A stretch of DNA of 64,000 nt from Octopus sinensis (lineage: Eukaryota). The stretch spans positions 72,416,001 to 72,480,000 of the forward strand of contig NC_043007.1 in assembly GCF_006345805.1 (NCBI RefSeq). The letters run 5' to 3'. Made by a program: the position numbers and the translations under genes. The notes under the pieces were generated by a model. The model did not search any database, had not been told where the DNA came from, and was given only the letters and a program-made list of their open reading frames with translations. Every line of letters begins with the position of its first letter. Positions within the stretch are counted from its first letter, which is position 1. Below, in pieces: positions 1 through 12,450 of this stretch.

Positions 1-364
1 AATGCCCTAGAGCAGCAGTGGAAACTGTAGAGGAGAGTATTCAGGAGAATATAATGGTGGAGAAACAGCAAAAGCAGATAACAGAACAAGACGGGAATTT
101 TGCGGAGGTGAAAGCAAGAAAAAGAGAAAGGAGGAAGTCACCAACGATAGTGGAAGTGAAAAAATACAAAGCAATGGAAGAGGCAACCTACGGCGAGACT
201 CGGGGAAGATTCACCAGTAGGATCACCTGTAAAGGACTTACAAGTACAGAAAGAGTGAATCCATTGGGGTCGGAGGTTGAACCTCGCGCTTCGGGAGTGA
301 ATTATGTGGACGAAAAGGAGAAGATGAAGTGGTAAGTCGTGATTTACTTTAAAGTCTGTGAAAT

Positions 365-1010
365 ATTTCTTTATTACCCACAAGGGGCTAAACATAGATG
401 GAACAATCAACACATGAAAGAATAGAATAGTGAAATTATACAATGAAGATGGAACGGCCACTCCAGCCCCGCTCCGGGGTGGTTACGTTATTTCAATTAT
501 TTCAACAGTTCTTTTCAAAATAAAACTCTACTTACCATTTTATATAGTTCTTAATTTCCTCATAGTTCACCCTTGGATCGTTGGGTTCGAAATTCACCTC
601 GGGCCCCAGTGGGCTTATATCTGATGGGAAAGCCTCTTTTAACTTTTTATACTTATCTTTTACCATTAAAATCCATCTCGTCTCTTTATCGTAACCCTCC
701 GAGAGGTCCACTTTAACAATGTCTTTCATTTCAGTTATTTTCCCTTCTATATTTTGTGTCGACCGATATGTTATCAAGTATATTCTGCTCCTGTTCTCCT
801 CCTGCGTCTGTATGACTGTTCTTCCTTGTTTCTGTTACTCTGCACCATCATGTGTCCGTTCTTGTACATTTATTTGCAGCTGTATGTCTGTGTGTTCACC
901 CGTCTGCGTGTCGGCATTTCGCACTGCTTTAGCAGGCCCGGGACGACGGAAGCCCGACTCCCCGCCGCTGTCGCACATATCTTCATTTTCTCCATTTCAG
1001 CAACGCTCAC
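365..1010 (-). mobile_element. Probable internally deleted non-LTR element: ORF1-like 5' piece joined to a LINE-type 3' tail
   Basis: Minus strand ends in ...tgtttagccccttgtgggtaataaagaaat (same tail as SINE family A). Upstream minus reading gives MEKMKICATAAGSRASVV... and ORF 532-777. ORF1 assignment is inference only. Confidence 0.35.
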
Positions 1011-1082
1011 CAAACAATGGTGGTGTTATTGCACAAAACCGCTGCAAAGCAGTACAAAACAACCAACAAAAAAACCACAGAC

Positions 1083-1235
1083 TTCTTTATTACCCACAAG
1101 GGGCTAAACATAGATGGGACAATACACACATGCGGGGACAATCAACACGTGAAAGAATAGAATAGTGAAATTATTCAATGAAGATGGAACGGTCACCCCA
1201 GCACCGCTCCAAGGTGGTTACGTTATTTCAATTAT
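1083..1235 (-). repeat. Second copy of the 365-503 3'-tail segment
   Basis: Direct repeat of about 140 bp (ttctttattacccacaaggggctaaacatagatgg...ggtggttacgttatttcaattattt) at 365-503 and 1083-1235. Confidence 0.7.
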
Positions 1236-1240
1236 TTAAA

Positions 1241-2408
1241 ATAGCTTTAGCTTCTGCTACTTCTGGGATTGCAGCAACATTACTACCCGGAGGTCGGACT
1301 TTAGATTTATCTAACAATCAAGATCCAGTTTGTAATATATCTAAAAATTCTGCAATGGGTGAGCTAATACAAAGATGTCACCTAATTGTCTGGGACGAAT
1401 GTACCATGGGCCACAAAAAAACTTTTGAAGCTATTAACAGAACATTACGAGACAGAAATTGCAATTCCATGATGGAAAATTTCACAGTATTATTGTCAGG
1501 AGACTTCCGACAAACACTACCAACTATTCCAATGGGAACAAAAGTGGATGAGCTCAATGTTTCAATAAAGCCTTCTGTATTATGGCATCATGTGAAAACA
1601 CTTCAACTTTCAACAAACATGAGATCGTGTCTTTCAAGACATCAATCAGCTGAACTATTTGCAGAGCAGCTGTTGAAACTCGGTGAAGGGAGACGTCCAA
1701 TTGATGAACAGTTTCTTACACTCAATCCAATTATGTAATTCAACTCATTCCGTCGAAGATTTGGTGGATGAAATCTTTCCTAATCTTCTTCATAATTACA
1801 ACAACACAGATTGGATCTGTGAGCAAGCTACCCTCGCTCCTAAAAATATTGCAGTACATAGCATCAATAATATGCTATTGAATAAGCTCCCGGGGGAAAT
1901 ATTCACTTATAACTCAATTGACAGCGTATTTGATGATCAGGATAGTGTTAACTACCCCATCGAATATTTGAACTCATTAGAACCACCAGATATAGCTCTT
2001 CATTGTCTTCAGCTGAAAAAAGCGATTCCTATTATGCTATTGCGTAATTTGTTTCAACCATAATTATACAATGGTACAAGGTTAATTGTGCACAATGTTA
2101 TGAGGAACTGCATTGAGGCAAATATTCTCACTGGTTGGGGTAAAGGTGACACCGTCTTCATTCCTCGCATACCAGTTATGCCATCTAATGTCCCATTCCA
2201 ATTCAAACGGTTACAGTTTCCTATCCGAGTTTCTTTTGCCATGAGCATTAATACAAGTCATGGCCAAACACTAAAAGTTGCTGGATTGCAACTTCAAAAG
2301 CCATGCTTTTCACATGGTCAACTTTATGTAGCAGCATCATGTGTGGGAGTAAAAGCAAATCTTTTTGCTTATGCACTCCGATATAAAACAAAAAAAAAAC
2401 AAAACATT
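1241..2408 (+). pseudogene. Helitron RepHel PIF1-family helicase domain, frameshifted
   Basis: ORFs 1178-1738, 1683-2063, 2088-2459 give SGIAATLLPGGRT, LIVWDECTM, GDFRQTLP, LAPKN, PIMLLRNL, VFIPRIP, QFPIRVSFAMSIN, HGQTL, FSHGQLYVA. The C-terminal KNIVYKEIF resumes at 3058 after the MITE. Confidence 0.9.
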
Positions 2409-3057
2409 GGATCGTTTCCTTTTGAACGCCAGATGTCAACACAATTTCTAGTTAACTAAACACTTTTAAACTTCGTATACTGGTAGAATGTGTTTATAAA
2501 ACATCATTCTCTCTTGGTTTTATTGAGAAAATTCTATAGTTTGTAAGATATTTCGTCTGAAAACCCGAGCATTTCGGCAATTTTAACCAATCGATTACCT
2601 CCATTCAACTAAAATCATTTACTGCGTCTAAAACTGAGACAACATCCTGTAACTAACTCTAAACCTCATCCTAACCCTAACCCTAACCCTAAATTTTTTT
2701 TCTTAATTATTAAATTAATTTAATTCCATTGCTTTAGTTTTTTTTACACGCGTAACAATTAAATTAATTTAACAATTAAGAAAAAAAAATTAGTGTTAGG
2801 GTTAGGGTTAGGGGGAGGTTTAGGGTTAGTTACAGGATGTTGTCTCAGTTTTAGACGCAGCAAATGATTTTAGCTCAAAAGAGAGCATAGGATTGGTTAA
2901 AATTCGAAAATTTAAACTACGTTAAACAAACAAATTACAATTTTCTCAAGAAAGCCAAGAGAAAAAAATGTTTTATTTTGTCACATTCTACCAGTATACG
3001 AAGTTTTAAAGTGTTTAGTTAACTAGAAATTGTCTGCCGTTCAAAAGGAAAAGATCC
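2409..3057. mobile_element. Foldback MITE with internal telomere-like repeats, copy 1
   Basis: Termini ggatcgtttccttttgaacg / cgttcaaaaggaaaagatcc. 8-bp TSD aaaacatt (2401-2408, 3058-3065). CCCTAA repeats about 2670-2692 and TTAGGG repeats about 2796-2813. Confidence 0.9.
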
Positions 3058-3296
3058 AAAACATTGTTTATAAAGAAATATTCACTCTTAATGCAACATG
3101 AATACTTCAATAACTTTAATTTCCCATTACTATCAGTACATTCAAGAATGACTAAATTACCTATTTCAATGAACTGTATTATATAGTCGCCATTACTGTA
3201 TTGATAAATATAATAAAAAATAAAACTCACTATTGTCATATAATAAACAAACAGAAGTTCATATATGAAGCTCATTTCTTTTCTACTTCAATTATT

Positions 3297-3550
3297 ATAT
3301 GAGATCGACGCTTTTAAGAGATCAGTCAGCTGAACTATTTGCAGTGCAGCTTTTGAAACTCAGTGAAGGGAGAGTTCCAATTGATGAAGAACAGTTTCTT
3401 ACACTCAATGCAATATATAATTCAACTGATTCCGTCGATGATTTGATGTATGAAACCTTTCTTAATCTTCTTCATAATTACAACAATACAGATTACATCG
3501 GTGACAGAGCTATCCTGGCTCCAAAAAATTTTTTTGTACATACCATTAAT
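3297..3550 (+). pseudogene. Duplicated Helitron helicase fragment (paralog of 1618-1870)
   Basis: ORF 3299-3595 MRSTLLRDQSAELFAVQLLKLSEGRVPIDEEQFLTL matches MRSCLSRHQSAELFAEQLLKLGEGRRPIDEQFLTL. Confidence 0.85.
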
Positions 3551-3937
3551 GGATGGAAGCACTCCGTCGGTTACGACGATGAGAGTTCCGGTTGATCCGA
3601 ATCAACGGAACAGCCTGCTCGTGAAATTAACGTGTAAGTGGCTGAGCACTCCACAGACACGTGCACCCTTAACGTAGTTCTCGGGGATAATCAGCGTGAC
3701 ACAGAAAGTGACAAGGCCGGCTCCTTGAAATACAGGTACAACAGAAACAGGAAGTAAGAGTGAGAGAAAGTTGTGGTGAAAGAGTACAGCAGGGATCACC
3801 ACCATCCCCTGCCGGAGCCTCGTGGAGCTTTTAGGTGGTTTCGTTCAATAAACACTCACAACGCCCGGTCTGGGAATCGAAACCGCGATCCTATGACCGC
3901 GAGTCCGCTGCCCTAACCACTGGGCCATTGCGCCTCC
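3551..3937 (-). mobile_element. tRNA-derived SINE, family C
   Basis: Head ggaggcgcaatggcccagtggttagggcagcgg (A box) and gtttcgattccc (B box). TSD ataccattaat on both sides. Homologous to 30831-31190. Confidence 0.9.
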
Positions 3938-4207
3938 ATACCATTAATGATATGCTATTGAATAAACTTCCAGAAGTCTTCAATAACTTCATTTACCATT
4001 ACTATCATTATATTCAAGAATGACTAAACTACCTATTTCAACGAACTGTGTTATATAATTGTCATTACTGAATTGATAAATAAAATAACACACACATCTC
4101 ACTTATTATCAGGTAATAAACAAACAGAACTTCATATATAAAAACAATCTTTTTCTTACTTAAATTATTATATGTTTTTCTCTTATAAAAATATTCTTTT
4201 CTACTCC

Positions 4208-4773
4208 AGGCCGAAATTGGGGAGCGGTCCAGTCGATTAGATCGTGCGCAGCTGGTATTTAATTTATCGACCCCGGAAGGATGAAAGGTGAAGTCCACCT
4301 TGGTGGAATTTGAACTCAGAACGTAGCGGCAGACGAAATACCGCTAAGCATTTCGCCTATTTCTTTACTACCCACAAGAGGCTAAACACAAAGGGGACAA
4401 ACAAGGACAGACAAACGGATAAAGCCGATTATATCGACGCCAGTGCGTAACTGGTACTTAATTTATCGACCCCGAAAGGATGAAAGGCAAAGTCAACCTC
4501 GGCGGAATTTGAACTCAGAACGTAACGGCAGACGAAATACCTATTTTTTTACTACCCACAAGGGGCTAAACACAGAGGGGACAAACAAGGACAGACAAAC
4601 GGATTAAGTCGATTACATGGACCCCAGTGCTTAACTGGTACTTAATTTATCGACCCCGAAAGGATGAAAGGCAAAGTCGACCTCGGCGGAATTTGAACTC
4701 ATAACGTAGCGGCAGACAAAATACCGCTAAGCATTTCGCCCGGCGTGCTAACGTTTCGGCCAGCTCGCTGCCT
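4208..4773 (-). mobile_element. SINE family A tandem trimer (head-A body-A body-A2 body)
   Basis: Three consecutive units containing tcgaccccgaaaggatgaaaggcaaagtcgacctcggcggaatttgaactc. Junctions at 4357/4358 and 4540/4541. Confidence 0.9.
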
Positions 4774-5025
4774 TTCTCTTATAAAAAATATTATATCATT
4801 GACATTACTGTATGGATAAGTAAAATAACACATACAACTCTCTTATTATTGTCATATCATAAACAAACACAAGTTCATGTACCATATTGCTCTTTCTTCT
4901 ACTTCAATTATTACATGGTTTTCTCTCTAAAGTTACACGCATACGGGGGGGGGGATAAATGATACAATATAATAATACTCGATCAAAGACGGGTTTTACT
5001 GCTAGTATATATATATTTATATATA

Positions 5026-5056
<31 letters not shown>

Positions 5057-5079
5057 ATGCATGTATGTACGTATATATG

Positions 5080-5111
<32 letters not shown>

Positions 5112-5115
<4 letters not shown>

Positions 5116-5285
5116 ATCCAGACACGAAAACACAAAGAGAAAACACAACAACGCGAGGACGTGGAACAAATATAGCATTATTGGACGCTCAGCGTTTCGA
5201 GCGGAACTCTTCGTCAGAAACATAGGAAAAGGAAAGATCCCGAGAAGGGAAGACGGAGGACAAAAATCGCCAACGGTACACACGC

Positions 5286-5288
<3 letters not shown>
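5112..5288 (-). mobile_element. Penelope-type terminal repeat family F1 with hammerhead-like core
   Basis: Minus strand: CTGACGA-a-GAGttccgCTC-GAAA-CGCtgaGCGTC (5217-5184). Flanked by (TA)n. Homologous to 46190-46293 and 46368-46523. Confidence 0.7.
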
Positions 5289-5328
<40 letters not shown>

Positions 5329-5350
5329 TATATAATATATATATATAATA

Positions 5351-7276
5351 TTAGGGAAATCCAAACTTACAGGGAAAAATTAGATTTAGGATTAAATCCA
5401 ATTTTATAGTATAAATATATATATTAAATTAGAGATAAAACCACTATTAGGCAAATCAAACAGTGAAAAACATAAGCCAATACATAAAATTAATTTAAAA
5501 ATATAAAAGTTAAAATTAAAAAATTATTAAATAATTTAAACTAATAAATTTTAAATATATATATACAAATATATATATATATATATATGTATGTATATTT
5601 TTATATTTATATATTATTTTATTTATTAATTTATTTATTTATTTTTTTTATATATAAATATCAAAAGTATTAAAAGTTTAATAAAAGATAGAGTAAAACA
5701 CTACGATAGTTTCATGGCTGTACCTATTCGAATAACAATAATTTAAATTCAATTAATAATTCGAGTTATGGTTACAGTCAATCTTCAGGTTAATTGAAAT
5801 ATTTTTAAAATAATAAGAAATATTTAAACAATATTTTTAAGATATAAATAATATAATAATTTTACTTATAATAAACTCTATTATCAAACTAGAAACTTAA
5901 AACTTAACAATTATGATTATATCAAAATCGATTATAATGTTAAATATTAATTTTAATTTTTGAGGTAAGAAACCCACCAATAATCTAATATCGGTAATAG
6001 TCTATATCTAATTACATAAAGATTTTTTTAAAATATGACTATTATATATAAATTATCAATGAAAATATATAAATGTATATAAATATTATGATTAAAGGGG
6101 TAAAGAACCCCTTCGGTTGAATGACCATGGGATTGCACCTAGAAAGTTACCCTCCTAGACACAAGTCCGGGCAAGGTTGTTTATGGAAGACCAGCAGTCG
6201 CCCATGCATACCAGCCTCCCCTCTCCATGCTACCAGTGTTATCCAAGGGAAAGACAAAGGTCGATACAGCTTGGCACCAGTGACGTCGCAACTCAGTTCT
6301 ACTGCTGAGTGAACTGGAGCAACGTGAAATAAAGTGCCTTGCTCAAGAACACAACACCCAGCCCGGTCCGGGATTCGAGCTCACAACCTCATGATGGTAA
6401 GCTCGACGCTCTAACCACTGAGCCATGCGCCTTAAGATCTAAAATAATCTCTATAAATAAATATATATGCACATATAATAAAGACCTAATAAATTAATTT
6501 TTCATATTTAAAGATGAAATAGCTAATTTCAAAAATACAAACAAACAAACTTAAACGAATTTTCGGAAATCTTATTTAAAATACTTATAGAAATAATCAA
6601 TTCGTAGTTATATAGTATCGAATAAATACTATAAATATATTTATCAATGGTAATAAACTAGCGAATATCAATTTAAAAAGACAATAACTAAGTTATGCTA
6701 TTAAGTTAGACATGGCCTGGACCAATCTTTGGTCGAAACATATCTAAGTTTATCTAAGTTTATCTAATTTTAATTATAAGAAATTTAAAACTACAATTAA
6801 TACTATTAATACATGTATATACATAAACCTAACTTTAGAAAACTCGTATACTTGCTATCAAACAACAAAACTATCGCTAAGTAATATCTTACGAATAAAC
6901 TTAAATTTAATATCTAATAATATAGAAAATTATGATAATTAGATCATTACGTAAACAACGATATTTACATAAGAAAAAATATTATTACACCAAAGACTTA
7001 TAAAATATAAAAATTTACAATTTAAAGATCTTAAATATAAATAAATACTTATCTTAGCGAGGTTTTGTAATAATTAATAAATAAATAATTAATAAATAAA
7101 TTAATAAATAAAATAATATATAAATATAAAAATATACATACATATATATATATATTGTATTTTTATATTTAAAATTTATTAGTTTAAATTATTTAATAAT
7201 TTTTTAAATTTTAACTTTTATATTTAAAATTAATTTTATGTATTGATTTGCCTAATAGTGGTTTTATCTCTAATTT
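5351..7276. mobile_element. Very AT-rich segment bounded by about 200-bp inverted arms, adjoining the F1 repeat
   Basis: 5426-5645 is the reverse complement of 7075-7276 (aaattagagataaaaccactattaggcaaatca...) with one indel of about 20 bp. Flanked by (TA)n. Confidence 0.65.
6097..6431 (-). mobile_element. tRNA-derived SINE, family E
   Basis: Head ggcgcatggctcagtggttagagcg...gagctcgaatccc. Shares tgtgttcttgagcaaggcactttatttcacgttgctccag with 54341-54662 but has a different tail. Confidence 0.8.
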
Positions 7277-7304
7277 TATATATATATATATATAATATAT
7301 ATAA

Positions 7305-7357
<53 letters not shown>

Positions 7358-8096
7358 TATATGGGTATGGTGATGCAAAACAGAAAGAAATAGAACTCAA
7401 AATATGAGTATATGTATATTTTTATTAATATTTAGTTGAAGCAACTGAGTAACTCAAGGTGCGAGAGTTTCGTGCTTAGCGGCATTTCGCCAGTCTTTAA
7501 GATAAGTGCCATATGCGACGGGTTCTTTCAGTTTCCGTCTACCAAATCCACTCACAAGGCTTTGATCGGCGTGAGGCTATAGCAGAAGACACTTGCCAAA
7601 GGACTGAACCCGGAACCATGTAGTTGGTAAGCAAGCTACTTACCAAACAGCCACTCCTACGCCTTATGTGGACTCTGTCATTCATTATGTGTCATTAGAT
7701 TTTATTAGGCAGATAGAGATTGTTTTGGCGCTTTGGTTTTCGAACAAGTTTAACATAAATTGTGTCTCAATCGAGTTGATAGAATTTCCGTAGTCGATAT
7801 CTATTACGTATAGTTGTAGATTGTACTTCTAGTATGTGTTTTAAAATACTTATTGATGTTGTAAATGGAGTCGTTAGTAAAGAAGCAGCTTCTGAAGTTT
7901 GTCTTCTTCCGTGGGTGTCATTTCCATTCTGTTGGTAAGTATGCCATGTTGACACACATAATGTATAGTCAGTCTAGCAAGCTCTCGGTTTATAACTTTA
8001 TCTCACTTAATAATAGTATGTATGTATGTATGTATGTATGTATGTATGTATGTATGTATGTATGTATGTATGTGTGTATGTATGTATGTATGTATG

Positions 8097-8187
<91 letters not shown>

Positions 8188-8494
8188 GAAATATGTTACG
8201 AAAAGAAAATATAAAATACACGTGGAAATGTAAGGGTAAAATATGAAAAATCAACGAAAATGGACATTGCAAATAAAAGAAGGCTATTTATGACAGGTAA
8301 CGACAAATATATACATTTAGATTGACTGAGATAGTAATACGAGTCATAAAAGTCATTATTATGAGATGATTATAAGATGATAATAAAGTAAGAGAACAAA
8401 ACGGACCATGGTTTACGCAAAGCTATTCATCGTTTGAACAACGCCGGTTAATACATGGTGTCAGGTCTAATAGTTCCTGAGAACTTCATACATA

Positions 8495-9202
8495 CAATAA
8501 TCACTCGCCATATCGCGGTTCACCTATTGCGGGTTTCTGCGGCCGATAGGTATTTATATATTTTAGATTTTAATTATTTTTGTGATAAAACAAGCATTTT
8601 CACGCCTAAAGATTAATAGATTAATAATTAAAAATACAGTACAGTACTGCACTGCATAACATTAAATATAATATATTAAGAGAAAAAACATAGTGTACCG
8701 TAGAGGAACAAACAAAGAATCGCACATACTGTATGGAAAACGAAACTCGGGAAGCGAGTGTATGGTAATGTTTTTCATTTATAATAAAATAAATATATAT
8801 ATATATATAAATATATAATAAATATAAATATATATATATATGTACACACATACATACATACGCACATACATACATACATACATACATACATACATACATA
8901 CATACATACATACATACGCACATACATACGCACATACATACATATATTTCTTTACTACCCACAAGGGGCTAAACATAGAGGGGACAAACAAGGACAGACA
9001 AACGGATTAAGCCGATTACATCGACCCAGTGCGAAACTGGTACTTTATTTATGGACCCCGAAAGGATGAAAGGCAAAGTCTACCTCGGTGGAATTTGAAC
9101 TCAAAACGTAACGACAGACGAAATACCGCAAAGCATTTCGCCCGGCGTGCTAACGTTTCTGCCAGCTCGCCGCCTTTTTCGCACATACATACATAAATAC
9201 AT

Positions 9203-9237
<35 letters not shown>

Positions 9238-9553
9238 TACATACGTACATATATATCACGAACTAACTGTTACTTTCTCAGATGCAGCAAGAAGTTTTGT
9301 CAGTGAACAGGTCGCGGTCTCAAAGCGACGAAAATATTTTGACAAATTAAATCTAAATGCTGAAGTGAATCTAACGATTCTGTTTGTTTCTTAAATGGCT
9401 TATAAACACCTTCCATGCTACAAATATATACAAATTATAAAAATAATTAAAAAAAGATATGCATTACAGTACTGTTTCTACTTCGTGGATTTTCACCTAT
9501 CGCGGGGGTGGGGGCTTTTGGAACGTAACACCCGCGATATTCGAGGGATTACT
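8495..9553. mobile_element. Tigger/pogo-type MITE interrupted by a microsatellite and SINE A
   Basis: ta|caataatcactcgccatatcgcgg ... ccgcgatattcgagggattact|ta: degenerate TIRs with TA flanks. Confidence 0.65.
8943..9176 (-). mobile_element. SINE family A, full length
   Basis: Head ggcggcgagctggcagaaacgttagcacgccggg, tail gtagtaaagaaat. Flanked by cgcacatacataca repeats. Confidence 0.9.
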
Positions 9554-9706
9554 TACAGTGTGATAAGAAACTAGCTTCCCAGCCGCATGGTTCCGGGTTT
9601 TCAGTGCCACTGCGTGGCACCTCGGGCAAGTGTCTTCTACTATAACCTCGGGCCGACCAAAACCTTGTGAGTGAATTTGGTAGACGGAAACTGAAAGAAT
9701 CTCGTC

Positions 9707-9769
<63 letters not shown>

Positions 9770-9771
<2 letters not shown>

Positions 9772-9936
9772 ACGAAAAAAACAAAAGACGAAGACAGGTG
9801 GTGTACAAAACAAACAGATGTATTAGTATAACGCTCAGGAATAGAAAAAGTCTTTTACGTTTCGAGCCTACGCTCTTCTACAGAAAGGGACACAGAAAAA
9901 AAAAAGATGGAGAGAAAAAAATGTGTGTAGTGGCTA
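9770..9936 (-). mobile_element. Penelope terminal repeat family F2, solo copy
   Basis: Homologous to the 3' end of the Penelope element (40272-40464). Hammerhead-like core CTGTAGA-a-GAGCgtagGCTC-GAAA-CG at 9883 downward. Confidence 0.75.
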
Positions 9937-10220
9937 ATATTCTTTTATTCTTTTATTTGTTTCAGTCGTTTAACTGTGGCCATGCTGGAGCACCGCCTTT
10001 AGTAGAACAAATCGACCCTTGAACTTATTCTTTGTAATCCTGGCACTTATTCTATCAGTCTCTTTAGCGAACCGCTAAGTTACGGTTCGCTAAAGAGACT
10101 GATAGAATAAGTGCCAGGATTACAAAGAATAAGTTTTAGGGTCGATTTGTTCTACTAAAGGCGGTGCTCCAGCATGGCCACAGTTAAACGACTGAAACAA
10201 ATAAAAGAATAAAAGAATAT
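9937..10220. repeat. 138-bp-arm inverted repeat made from the 3' half of SINE B
   Basis: Arms 9937-10074 and 10083-10220 with 8-nt spacer ctaagtta. I count 2 mismatches. Confidence 0.95.
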
Positions 10221-10499
10221 ATATATATACACATACATACATGCATATATACATATGCGTGTGCAATACAGAATTATAGATATTTTTCAATCAATTTTGC
10301 TAATAGGTTTCTGATTTTTCCAATGTTCCATTCAACACACTTGTACGTTTCTCTTGCCACCAGCATGATTAACGCGTATGCAAAAAAAAAAAAATTAAAG
10401 CATGAAAAGTTGCAAATCTTGCGTTGGCGGTTCGCTAACGCAGGCCACAAAATAGAAGAAAAAAATATTTTGTCGTTGAAAGAATTTTAAAAAAGTGAA

Positions 10500-12100
10500 A
10501 AGCATTCTCATGTAGTCTGGATGAAACGTTGGCTCAGCAAGCAAGTAACCATCCAGTAACAAACCGACCTCAGAAATGTGATATATAAAACCTTAGCTAT
10601 AGAAGTAGGAAAATAGAGCGGGCGATACAGCAGTAGATTGAAAAGTGCCTTAGATCAATCTGGGGCTCTAAAACAAAATGTCAGTGAAAAAAGTACGTCA
10701 CAATAGAGGGGAGATTCCTTACAGAGAATGGTGCCTGGACGCACCCTGTAACAATTTTAAGGAGTAACGAGCTAGTTCTCATCCCAGTCTACCTTGGTCA
10801 AAGTGTAGTTGAAATAAAGATTGTCAACGTACCACCAGAAATAAATGGTGATGGCTGTTCTTTTTGACATAGAATACAAAGCCAATACATTGCGGGTTCA
10901 AAGTGATCCAAACAGATCACTAAATCAAGGAATTGCTTCCGCACTTGGTAAATTTGCCAGACAGTGCAAAATTATACGTGGCTGTCAAGAGCAGAAGACC
11001 GAATTGTCACTTGTGTGGTAACACAAACCCTCTCAAGGCTTCTGGGATCTTTTCCTTTTGAACGGCAGACAATTTCTAGTTAACTAAACACTTTAAAACT
11101 TCGTATACTGGTAGAATGTGTCAAAATAAAACATTTTTTTCTCTTGGCTTTCTTGAGAAAATTGTAATTTGTTTGTTTAACGTAGTTTAATTTTTCGAAT
11201 TTTAACCAATCCTATGCTCTCTTTTGAGCTAAAATCATTTGCTGCGTCTAAAACTGAGGCAACATCCTATAACTAACCCTAAACCTCCCCCCTAACCCTA
11301 ACCCTAACCCTAAATTTTTTTTTCTTAATTGTTAAATTAATTTAATTGTTACGCGTGTAAAAAAACTAAAGCAATGGAATTAAATTAATTTAACAATTAA
11401 GAAAAAAAAATTTAGGGTTAGGGTTAGGGTTAGGGAGGAGGTTAAGGGTTAGTTACAGGATGTTGTCTCAGTTTTAGACGCAGTAAATGATTTTAGTTGA
11501 ATGGATGTAATCGATTGGTTAAAATTGCCGAAATGCTCGGATTTTTAGACGAAATATCTTACAAACTATAGAATTTTCTCAATAAAACCAAGAGAAAATG
11601 ATGTTTTATAAACACATTCTACCAGTATACGAAGTTTAAAAGTGTTTAGTTAACTAAAAATTGTGTTGACATCTACCGTTCAAAAGGAAAAGATCCGGCT
11701 TCTGTTCTCAGCAAAGAAGGAGAGGTGAAAGGCCACTACTTCTGCCGGTCCCATCACCGCAACAGTAACGAAATCAACTACAAAAGTAGCAGCAGCTCCA
11801 CCAGCAGCAAGTAGTCACAAAAGCAACAGCTGTATCAATGAAAGAAAGTGTAAAACCGACAACCGGGAAATAGTAGTAAGAGCATCAACATTAGCAACGA
11901 CATCTACAGTAACTGCATCACACCGACAACAATAACAGCCACAAGAAAGGCAACAACAACAACAGCAGCAGCAGCAGCAGCAATAGAACATTCACGGAAC
12001 CCCGCCCCACAAACAACAATAATATCAACAAAACAAATGCCACAAATCTTCCCAAGATATGCCCCTCCCCGACTCACATTACACTGGTGAAGGTTATGGG
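10500..12100 (+). pseudogene. Degraded LINE ORF1-like (gag/zinc-knuckle) relic
   Basis: Hand translation gives ELVLIPVYLGQSVVEIKIVNVPPEI and VAVKSRRPNCHLCGNTN followed by a low-complexity S/T/A-rich tail. Many stops. Confidence 0.4.
11045..11696. mobile_element. Foldback telomere-repeat MITE, copy 2 (opposite orientation to copy 1)
   Basis: ggatcttttcc...ggaaaagatcc with 8-bp TSD ggcttctg (11037-11044, 11697-11704). Confidence 0.92.
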
Positions 12101-12164
12101 AAAGACATTAAAAGGTAAACAGTTAAAAGATGGAAAAAAAAAGAAAAAAGAAACCACATATACT

Positions 12165-12386
12165 CTTAACTCTTTACTCTTTTACTTGTTTCAGTCATTT
12201 GACTGCGGCCATGCTGGAGCACCGCCTTTAATCGAGCAACTCGACCCCAGGACTTATTCTTTTGTAAGCGCAGTACTTATTCTATCGGTCTATTTTGCCG
12301 AACCGCTAAGAAACGGGGACATAAACACACCAGCATCGGTTGTCAAGCAATGCTAGGGGACAAACACAGACACACAAACACACACA

Positions 12387-12450
<64 letters not shown>

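Larger units (their letters stand above)
1241..5005 (+). mobile_element. Composite Helitron remnant with repeated 3' subterminal segments and a CTAG 3' end
   Basis: Helicase, then 3' region repeated at about 3105-3295, 3980-4180 and 4795-4915. Ends ctcgatcaaagacgggttttactgCTAG|t (CTAG 5002-5005 followed by T, as expected for Helitron A|T insertion). Confidence 0.65.

Noticed and set aside
18-335. 105-aa charged ORF at the window start
   Set aside because: No recognisable domain or splice context. It could be the tail of a LINE ORF1, but I cannot support any call.
2670-2813. TTAGGG/CCCTAA tracts as a true telomere or chromosome-fusion site
   Set aside because: Only about three repeats per tract, always inside TSD-flanked MITE copies.
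6716-6739. gacca/tggtc stem followed by GAAAC
   Set aside because: The CUGANGA core is missing (only ctg remains), so it is not a hammerhead as it stands.
5640-7070. Very AT-rich stretch as a nuclear mitochondrial insertion
   Set aside because: I could not recognise any mitochondrial gene, rRNA or tRNA motif. A BLAST against cephalopod mtDNA would settle it.
10421-10441. 9-bp GC hairpin gcgttggcg-gtt-cgctaacgc as a Helitron end or terminator
   Set aside because: No CTRR motif or T-tract follows.
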